This document shows, one piece after another, positions 18,254-25,720 of a stretch of DNA of 64,000 bases. Position numbers and translations under genes: made by a program. The notes under the pieces are model-generated. The model ran no database searches, was not told the origin of the DNA, and saw nothing but the letters and a program-made list of their open reading frames with translations. How positions within the stretch are numbered: the first letter of the stretch is position 1; every line of letters begins with the position of its first letter. Source of the DNA: an uncultured Candidatus Peribacteria bacterium (GTDB lineage Bacteria; Patescibacteriota; Gracilibacteria; UBA1369; 2-02-FULL-48-14); contig CAZFAV010000004.1 of assembly GCA_964516995.1 (NCBI GenBank), forward strand, positions 18,689 through 82,688, read 5' to 3'.

Positions 18254-19900
18254 ATGAATTCCCTGACTAAAACTTGTAGAGTGAGCGGCCAAGATTTTGT
18301 GGTGAGTCCTACGGATCAAGCCTTTTATGAGAAACTGGGAGTTCCTTTACCCACTTTGAGCCCGGAAGAAAGACGACGACGACGCTATGCTCATCGCAAT
18401 GAAAGGCACTTGTACCATCGCACTTGTGGACTCAGTGGCAAGACTTTGATTTCCAATATTTCTCCAGAAAGTGGGATCCCCGTGTATGAATCTGCGGAAT
18501 GGTGGAGCGACAAATGGGACGCCCTGCAGTATGGCCGTGACTTTGATTTCTCCCGTCCTTTTTTCGAGCAATTTAAGGAACTTAGTCGTGTAGTGCCTCA
18601 ATTGGCTCTCTCAGTTTGGAATTCTGAGAACAGTAGTTATTGCAACTATGTAGGGAACGTGAAAGACTCTTATTTGATCTTTGGTTCGGTTTACTCCGAG
18701 CAGTGTTATTTCGGCTCTCCCTACTATTCCCGAGACTGCATCGATACTTTAGTGGTGCGCGATTGTGAACACTGCTACGAATGCATTGACTGTCGCAAAC
18801 TTTACGAATGTTTTTACTGCCAAGATTGCCACACTTCTTCGCAGCTCATTGCCTGTTATGACTGCCAAAGTTGCCAAGACTGCATCGGCTGTGCGGGTCT
18901 GCGCAGAAAGCAGTATTGCATCTTTAACAAACAAGTGAGCAAGGAAGAATATGAAAAGTTTAAGTCAGAGCTGAATCTTTGCGACCCAGCTACTCGAACT
19001 CATTTAGAGCAAGAACTCGCTCGGTTAAAGTTAGAAATTCCCCACCGCTACATGCACAGCGGGCAGGTAGAAAATGTGAGCGGAGATTATGTTTATCAAA
19101 GCAAAAACGCAGAAGATTGCTTCTTTACTGACCGCTCAGAAGACGTGGCTCACTGTATGCAAGTGGTGGACTTAAAAGATTGCTTTGATAATAATTTTAC
19201 AGAAGAAAATGAGCTCTGCTACGAATATTTAGGAGCTTATCAAAATCAGCGAGTCTTGTTTTCTAAGTTTCTCAATAAGGTCTCTGAAAGTTTCTACTGT
19301 GACAGTTGTTTCAATTCCAAAAATCTTTTTGGCTGTATTGGAATGAGAGGAAAGTCTTACTGCATTCTGAACAAGCAATACAGTAAGGAAGAATATGAAG
19401 CCTTAGTTCCTCGTATCATCGAGCATATGAAGAAAACGGGCGAGTGGGGTGAGTTTTTCCCTATAGACAGCTCTCTGTTTGCCTACAACGAAACAGTGGC
19501 CAATGAGTATTTTCCTCTGACCGAGGAAGAAGCTAAGGCCCGTAGCTACGCTTGGAGAAAAGAAGATGAAAGTAGTACTTACCAAGGTCCACACGCTCAA
19601 ATTCCGGAAAATATTTCTGAGGTGCCGGACTCTATCATGGACCAGATACTCACCTGCGAAGTGAGTGGGAAACTGTATAAAATCATCCCCGCTGAGTTGG
19701 AGTTTTACCGACGAATGCATTTGCCCGTGCCTCGTCGCTGTCCCAACCAGCGGCATCAAGATCGCCTCCAAAAGCGTAATCCTCAAAAACTATGGCCATG
19801 GGAATGCTCCCAGTGCGGGACTGGTATTTCTACTGTCTACTCACCTGAGCGAGCGGAAAAGGTTTACTGTGAAGCATGTTATTTAAAATTGGTTTACTAA
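18254..19900 (+). CDS. Cys-rich family paralogue P6 (subtype C)
   Basis: The ATG lies 1 nt after the csaA-like stop. 'CRVSGQDF' and 'LSPEERRRRR' mark degenerate ribbons. There are 12 Cys in 43 residues at 18764-18892. C-terminal KVYCEACYLKLVY. Confidence 0.9.
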   Translation: MNSLTKTCRVSGQDFVVSPTDQAFYEKLGVPLPTLSPEERRRRRYAHRNERHLYHRTCGLSGKTLISNISPESGIPVYESAEWWSDKWDALQYGRDFDFSRPFFEQFKELSRVVPQLALSVWNSENSSYCNYVGNVKDSYLIFGSVYSEQCYFGSPYYSRDCIDTLVVRDCEHCYECIDCRKLYECFYCQDCHTSSQLIACYDCQSCQDCIGCAGLRRKQYCIFNKQVSKEEYEKFKSELNLCDPATRTHLEQELARLKLEIPHRYMHSGQVENVSGDYVYQSKNAEDCFFTDRSEDVAHCMQVVDLKDCFDNNFTEENELCYEYLGAYQNQRVLFSKFLNKVSESFYCDSCFNSKNLFGCIGMRGKSYCILNKQYSKEEYEALVPRIIEHMKKTGEWGEFFPIDSSLFAYNETVANEYFPLTEEEAKARSYAWRKEDESSTYQGPHAQIPENISEVPDSIMDQILTCEVSGKLYKIIPAELEFYRRMHLPVPRRCPNQRHQDRLQKRNPQKLWPWECSQCGTGISTVYSPERAEKVYCEACYLKLVY

Positions 19901-21555
19901 TGACGCCTATTACTCAAAAATGTCGGGTGACTGGCCAAGCCTTTGTCATTGATGATGGAGACCAAGCCATGCTGGCTAAGCTGGGGATGCCATTACCCAC
20001 GCTTTGTCCTCAAGAGCGTCAAAGACGTCGTATGAGTTTTAGAAACGATCACCAACTCTACCACCGTAAATGTGATGCCACGGGTAAAGAAATCATCTCC
20101 TTATACCACTCTGATAGTCCATTCACTATTTATAGCCAAGAGTTTTATAGGAGCGATAAGTGGGACCCTAAAACATATGGGCAAGATTTTGATTTTTCTA
20201 GACCTTTCTTTGAGCAGTTTGCTGAGTTGCAAAAAAAGGTGCCTCGCATTGCCATCAATGCTTTAGGCAATGAAAATTCAGATTTCACTAGTTATACCGG
20301 CTGGAATCGCAATTGTTACCTCATTGTCACTTCGGATCGAAATGAAGATTCATACTTTGGCTACTTTCTTTTTGACAGTAAGAACTGTGTGGATAGCTTG
20401 TATGTTTTCAACTCAGAACTCTGCTATGAATGCGTAGACTGTAAGAATTGCTACCACTGTTTCTTTGGCCTGAATCTGGAAAACTGTACGGACTGCTTGT
20501 TCTCTCGTGATCTTATTGGATGCAGTGAATGTTTTGGCTGTATTAATCTTCGAAATAAAAAGTACTGTTACTTTAACGAGCAGCTGACTAAAGAAGAGTA
20601 TGAAAAAAGAATCAATGCGTTAAATCTGGCCTCCTATGAATCACTAAAGGCTATTCGTGGGGAGGTAGAGGCATTCTTTTTAAGTCATCCACGACGCGCC
20701 CTGGACATTAAAGCCTCGGAAAATGTTTCTGGAGATCATATTAAATTCTCAAAAAATTGTTCTAATGCTTACGATGTAAGTAATTGTCAGGACTGCCGCT
20801 ATGTTTCTCACTTTATCAACTCTAAAGATTGTATGGATTGGGACTACTGTGGAGACAAAAGCGAAATGGGTTACGAAATTAGTGGCTGCGTTGATTTGAA
20901 GTTTTCTGCTTTTGCCACCAACTGTTGGGTGGGTAATAGCTACCTCTATTACTGTGATTTGATGAATAACTCGAAGTACTGCTTTGGGTGTATTGGACTG
21001 GATAAAGGCGAATACTGCATTTTGAATAAGCAGTACAGTAAGGAAGAATATGATGTGCTGGTAGGTCGTATCGTGGATCATATGAAGAAAACTGGTGAAT
21101 GGGGCGAATTCTTCCCTTCACCATTGAGTCCCTTTGGTTACAACGAGACGGTGGCGCAGGATTACCTTCCTTTGACCCAGGAACAGGCTCAAGAGAGAGG
21201 TTTACGTTGGCATAATAAGGCAGAAAAAGCCTCCTATCAGGGTCCGAAGCTGAGCTTGCCTGACTCTGTGAAGGAAACGGATGAAAAAATCTGTTCTCAA
21301 ATTCTCACTTGTGAAGTCAGTGATGAACATTACCGGGTCATTTCTCAAGAACTTCGCTTCCATAAAGAGCACCAACTGGCTTTGCCACGGCGTTCTCCAA
21401 ACCAAAGATTTTTGGATCGCGTTCGCTTGCGAAATCCTCGTCAACAATGGGCAAGAAGCTGTGGGCTCTGTGGCAAAACCATGATGAGCAGTTATAGCCC
21501 TGAGCGCCCTGAGATTGTCTACTGTGAAGAATGCTTTATTAAAACCGTTTACTGA
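19900..21555 (+). CDS. Cys-rich family paralogue P7 (subtype C)
   Basis: TAATG overlap with P6. 'CRVTGQAF' and 'LCPQERQRRR'. YCILNKQYSKEEYDVLVGRIVDHMKKTGEWGEFFP. C-terminal IVYCEECFIKTVY. Confidence 0.9.
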   Translation: MTPITQKCRVTGQAFVIDDGDQAMLAKLGMPLPTLCPQERQRRRMSFRNDHQLYHRKCDATGKEIISLYHSDSPFTIYSQEFYRSDKWDPKTYGQDFDFSRPFFEQFAELQKKVPRIAINALGNENSDFTSYTGWNRNCYLIVTSDRNEDSYFGYFLFDSKNCVDSLYVFNSELCYECVDCKNCYHCFFGLNLENCTDCLFSRDLIGCSECFGCINLRNKKYCYFNEQLTKEEYEKRINALNLASYESLKAIRGEVEAFFLSHPRRALDIKASENVSGDHIKFSKNCSNAYDVSNCQDCRYVSHFINSKDCMDWDYCGDKSEMGYEISGCVDLKFSAFATNCWVGNSYLYYCDLMNNSKYCFGCIGLDKGEYCILNKQYSKEEYDVLVGRIVDHMKKTGEWGEFFPSPLSPFGYNETVAQDYLPLTQEQAQERGLRWHNKAEKASYQGPKLSLPDSVKETDEKICSQILTCEVSDEHYRVISQELRFHKEHQLALPRRSPNQRFLDRVRLRNPRQQWARSCGLCGKTMMSSYSPERPEIVYCEECFIKTVY

Positions 21556-23243
21556 TGCAAAAAACTTGTAAAAATTGCCAAATTTCTTTTGAGATTTATC
21601 CTGAAGACCTTGCTTTTTATGAGCGCATCTCTCCTACTTTTGACGGCAAGAAATTTCCTATTCCTACTCCCACGCTCTGCCCAACCTGCCGATGGCAAAG
21701 GCGTACTGCTTTTAGAAATGAGCGGACGCTCTATCATGCCACTTGCGGGCTGAGTGGAAAGTCCATGATTTCCATGCATCGTCCCGACGTTCCTTTTCCT
21801 GTGTACTCCATTAACGAGTGGCGCTCCGATAAATGGAATCCTTTAGATTACGGTCGAGATTTTGATTTCTCTCGACCTTTCTTTGAACAATTTAAGGAGC
21901 TTTGTGATCGGGTTCCACACTTCAACTTATTTGTAGATCCAGACATGGATGTAAACTCCGAATACACGAACTGTGCCGATCATTCAAAAAACTGCTATCT
22001 CATTTCTCAGGCAGAAAATAATGAAGACTGTTACTACACTCGTGGCATCAACCAGTGTAAGGACTGCGTTGATGATTTGCGCATCCAACAGTCGGAACTC
22101 TGCTATGAATGTGTAGGGCTTTTTTCATGCTATCGCTGCCTTTACTGCCAAGACTGCGAAAACAGCGTGGACTGTGCTTTTTCATCTGATTTAAAAGGAT
22201 GTAAAAACTGTTTTGGCTGCCATGGTTTGGTTCAAAAACAGTATTACTTTTTTAATCAGCCACTCAGCAAGGAAGAGTGGGAGAAACGAGTTCAAGAACT
22301 GGAACTGACCCCGGTTCTCATTGAAGAACTTCAAGCGCAAAGTGAGACTGTACGACTCCAAACTCCGCATCGAGCCGTGCACCAGACTCAGTGCGAAAAC
22401 GTAACAGGAGACCATTTGGTGCAGTGTAAAAATTCTCACGATGTTTATGACTCTAAAGATTTAGAAGAATGCGCTTATTGTTACGAAATTTTGAATGGTG
22501 CCAAGTATGCTTACGATTACTCCATGTGGGGTGTAAATGCGGAATTGCTCTACGAGTGTAATGGCGTGGGAAACAATGCTTACAACGTTTTGTTCACCAA
22601 TCATGGGTGGCAGAATTTGACGAATGTTCTTTACAGCGAAAGCTGTTTCCCATCTGTTAAAGACTGCTTTGGCTGTTTTGGACTCCGTCGTGCTCAATAC
22701 TGTATTTTCAATAAGCAATACACTAAAGAAGAATATGAATCGATGGTGGCTCGCATTTTGGAACACATGCAAAAAACGGGGGAATGGGGTGAATTTTTCC
22801 CGATTGAAATGAGTCCTTTTGCGTATAACGAAACCGTAGCTCAACTGGTGCTCCCTCTAAGCAAAGAGCAAGTTTTAGCCAAGGGTTGGAAGTGGTATGA
22901 GCGTGAAGAAGCTAAAGCACAATATATTGGACCGGATGTAGAGATCCCTAGTAAAATTCGTGAAACAAGTGATGAAATCACCAAACAAATTTTACGCTGC
23001 AAAAAAACTGGAAAGCTTTATAAAGTGATCCCCCAAGAACTGAACTTCTACCGAAAAATGGGTGTCCCTGTGCCCCTTGTTTGTCCTGAGCAAAGGCTTT
23101 TGGATCGAGCGGCTCGGCGAAATCCTCGTGTTCTCTGGAATCGAGCTTGCAGCGCTTGTGGACAAAACACTCTCAGTAGCTATGCTCCGAATCGACCAGA
23201 AATCGTGTACTGCGAAGCCTGTTATTTAAAAACGGTTTACTAA
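21555..23243 (+). CDS. Cys-rich family paralogue P8 (subtype B)
   Basis: TGATG overlap with P7. MQKTCKNCQ...ISPTFDGKKFPIPTPTLCPTCRWQRR. YCIFNKQYTKEEYESMVARILEHMQKTGEWGEFFP. C-terminal IVYCEACYLKTVY. Confidence 0.9.
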   Translation: MQKTCKNCQISFEIYPEDLAFYERISPTFDGKKFPIPTPTLCPTCRWQRRTAFRNERTLYHATCGLSGKSMISMHRPDVPFPVYSINEWRSDKWNPLDYGRDFDFSRPFFEQFKELCDRVPHFNLFVDPDMDVNSEYTNCADHSKNCYLISQAENNEDCYYTRGINQCKDCVDDLRIQQSELCYECVGLFSCYRCLYCQDCENSVDCAFSSDLKGCKNCFGCHGLVQKQYYFFNQPLSKEEWEKRVQELELTPVLIEELQAQSETVRLQTPHRAVHQTQCENVTGDHLVQCKNSHDVYDSKDLEECAYCYEILNGAKYAYDYSMWGVNAELLYECNGVGNNAYNVLFTNHGWQNLTNVLYSESCFPSVKDCFGCFGLRRAQYCIFNKQYTKEEYESMVARILEHMQKTGEWGEFFPIEMSPFAYNETVAQLVLPLSKEQVLAKGWKWYEREEAKAQYIGPDVEIPSKIRETSDEITKQILRCKKTGKLYKVIPQELNFYRKMGVPVPLVCPEQRLLDRAARRNPRVLWNRACSACGQNTLSSYAPNRPEIVYCEACYLKTVY

Positions 23244-23255
23244 AGCTTTGCAGGT

Positions 23256-23284
23256 TGTATCAGGTTCAATAATCTGGTATAATA
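23256..23284 (+). promoter_or_regulatory. Candidate promoter for the TraD/VirD4-like ATPase gene
   Basis: TTGTAT (23256-23261), a 17-nt spacer ending in TGG, then TATAAT (23279-23284). The ATG at 23300 implies a leader of only about 9 nt. Confidence 0.5.
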
Positions 23285-23299
23285 GGTTATTGGATATTT

Positions 23300-25558
23300 A
23301 TGGAATTTCTACAGATTGTACTAGAACAGGGAACGGCCGAAGGGGCCAAAAAAGAGCATTTATTCCTCCAATTTTTGGAGAATCTACACAATACGGCCCA
23401 TCATGCCCATTTGTCTCTGGAGCTCTTTGGTTACAACCAATACACCTATTTTTTCATAGGTTGTGAGCCCAATATGACCAAATTGATTGAAGGAATGATC
23501 TATTCCCTCTTCCCCAACTGTGAAATTCGTCCGATGAAGGATTATACGAATTTTTATGATCCTAGTAAGCAGTTTTTGGCCGGAACCCGTGTGGGGTTCC
23601 AAATGTCTGATATTTATCCCATCAAGACTTACGAAGAATTTGAGCTCGACTCTCTTTCGGGTCTTTTTTCCGTAGTGTCTAAACTGGGCCGCAATGATCA
23701 AGCGTGGGTTCAAATTTTGGTGAATCCTCGCGAAGAAGACTGGCAGTACCATTTGGGTCGCCGTATGAAGATGCGTTTTAATAATGTGAAGCGTAATTTT
23801 CGACTTAAAAACTATACCCGTTTAAAAGACAAAAAAGAGTTTTTTGAAGAAGAACATCATGACTTTGTGCATAAGAGTGAACATCACCCTTTTGAAATTG
23901 AAGTTCGCTTTGGTGCCGTGGCTAGCAGCGAATCTGAGGCTCAATCTAACCTTTTAGCCCTAGCCAAGGCCTTCTATCAGTTCAATAAAACGGACCGCAA
24001 TCATTTTATGGTGGAGCGTATCAAGATGGGAAATTCTTTCCTAAAAGAATACCAACATCGACACATTAAAAGTCCGATGATGGTGAGCGCTCATGAACTC
24101 GCGACTCTCTACCACTTCCCCAACTCCGATCATGTTCCTCACGTGGTTCATATACTCGCGAAGAAGCATGAACCTCCCAAGAATTTGCCTTCTAATCCGG
24201 GCCCAGAAATTTCCATGTTTGGAACCACCAACTATCACAACAATTTTCAAGACTTCGGGATTAAACGTGCCGATCGCCGCCGCCACCTCTATGCGGTGGG
24301 GAAGAGTGGTACCGGTAAGTCCAAACTCTTGGAACTTTTGATTAAGAGTGACATTGAGGCAGGAAAAGGTGTGGGGGTACTCGATCCGCACGGAGACTTG
24401 GTGGACAATATTTTGCGCTTTGTACCGGAACATCGCATCAAGGATGTGATTCTCTTTGATCCCTCCGATACCGAGTTCCCCATCGCCTTCAATCCACTCG
24501 AAAAAGTGGATGAAAAGTTTAAAATGCAGATCACGATTGGGTTCATCGACATCTTTAAAAAGCTCTTTGGATCTAACTGGAGCAACCGTCTAGAACACGT
24601 GCTGCGCTATACCACTTTGGCTCTGCTCGACTCGCCCAACACTACGGTGCTCTCCATTTTGAAAATGCTTTCTGATAAAAATTACCGTCAGAAAATCATT
24701 GCGCGCATTGAAGACAGCGTGGTGAAGAATTTCTGGGTGAATGAGTTTGCCGGATGGAGTGAAAAATTTGATTCTGAGGCCATTACTCCGCTCCTCAATA
24801 AGGTCGGGCAATTGGTGTCTACCAACATGATTCGTAACATCATTGGTCAGCCTAAGAACACCTTCAACATTCGTGAGATCATGGATGGAGAAAAAATTCT
24901 TCTCATGAAAGTCTCTAAGGGTCTTTTGGGAGAAGAAAACGCTGGACTGCTCGGTTCTATGATCATTACTAAGATCTACCAGGCGGCCATGGCGCGAGCC
25001 GATATGCGTGAAGAAGATCGTAAAGATTTCTACTTCTACGTGGACGAGTTCCAAAACTTTGCTACTGATACCTTTGCGGAAATTTTATCTGAAGCTCGTA
25101 AATATCGCCTCTGTTTGACCATCGCCCACCAGTACATCGGGCAGCTGGAAGAAGAGGTCCGCAAAACGGTGTTTGGTAACGTGGGGTCGATGGTGAGCTT
25201 CCGTGTGGGAGCCGAAGACGCCGCTGTGCTTTCTGAAGAATACACTCCTATTTTTGGAGTACGTGACATCATCAACCTGGGTGTGCGAGAATTCTATTTA
25301 AAGATGTCTATTGATGGGGAACTCACTGAAGCTTTTTCTGGTAAAACACTGGGTATTGAGTATGGAAAAGTGGATCACACTCGAGCCATCATAGAGGCTT
25401 CTCGTGCGGCCTACTGTGCTTCTCGTGAAGATGTGGAAGAAAGCCTTAAAAAGTGGGACGAAGGAGGCGAGGTGGATGCGATGGCTCCTGCTTCTACGAG
25501 CAGCTCCGCCAATGATGTGATCCAAGAATCTCCGGAATTTGAAATGCCATTGATTTAG
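23300..25558 (+). CDS. P-loop NTPase of the TraD/VirD4/TraG coupling-protein type, soluble (no N-terminal TM helices)
   Basis: Walker A 'AVGKSGTGKSKLLE', Walker B-like 'FYFYVDEFQNF', and 'LTIAHQYIGQL...VFGNVGSMVSFRVG', typical of the TraG-D C-terminal region. The first ~300 aa have no hydrophobic segment and no domain I recognise. Confidence 0.65.
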   Translation: MEFLQIVLEQGTAEGAKKEHLFLQFLENLHNTAHHAHLSLELFGYNQYTYFFIGCEPNMTKLIEGMIYSLFPNCEIRPMKDYTNFYDPSKQFLAGTRVGFQMSDIYPIKTYEEFELDSLSGLFSVVSKLGRNDQAWVQILVNPREEDWQYHLGRRMKMRFNNVKRNFRLKNYTRLKDKKEFFEEEHHDFVHKSEHHPFEIEVRFGAVASSESEAQSNLLALAKAFYQFNKTDRNHFMVERIKMGNSFLKEYQHRHIKSPMMVSAHELATLYHFPNSDHVPHVVHILAKKHEPPKNLPSNPGPEISMFGTTNYHNNFQDFGIKRADRRRHLYAVGKSGTGKSKLLELLIKSDIEAGKGVGVLDPHGDLVDNILRFVPEHRIKDVILFDPSDTEFPIAFNPLEKVDEKFKMQITIGFIDIFKKLFGSNWSNRLEHVLRYTTLALLDSPNTTVLSILKMLSDKNYRQKIIARIEDSVVKNFWVNEFAGWSEKFDSEAITPLLNKVGQLVSTNMIRNIIGQPKNTFNIREIMDGEKILLMKVSKGLLGEENAGLLGSMIITKIYQAAMARADMREEDRKDFYFYVDEFQNFATDTFAEILSEARKYRLCLTIAHQYIGQLEEEVRKTVFGNVGSMVSFRVGAEDAAVLSEEYTPIFGVRDIINLGVREFYLKMSIDGELTEAFSGKTLGIEYGKVDHTRAIIEASRAAYCASREDVEESLKKWDEGGEVDAMAPASTSSSANDVIQESPEFEMPLI

Positions 25559-25720
25559 TACTATTTTTGACCTATCTCAACTCGCTCAACGGAACCGTCC
25601 CCGTCCCATGATTGGCAGGACTAGTTTTAGCATGTGAATTTTTAAAAGTCCTGACAAAAACCTGACTTAAATACTTCTAATGCAACTTTATTGCGTTAGG
25701 TCAGACTTAGGATTTGATCT

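Noticed and set aside
23300-25558. Calling the TraD/VirD4-like gene, or the whole array, a conjugative or mobile element.
   Set aside because: I see no relaxase, VirB4, integrase, transposase, direct repeats or tRNA target in the window. A single coupling-protein-like ATPase is not enough to call a mobile element.
25616-25704. Two inverted repeats in the convergent gap after the ATPase gene: CAGGACT/AGTCCTG at 25616-25653 and CTGACTTAA/TTAGGTCAG at 25662-25704.
   Set aside because: The loops are 24-25 nt and there is no proper U-tract, so the structures are too weak to annotate as terminators.
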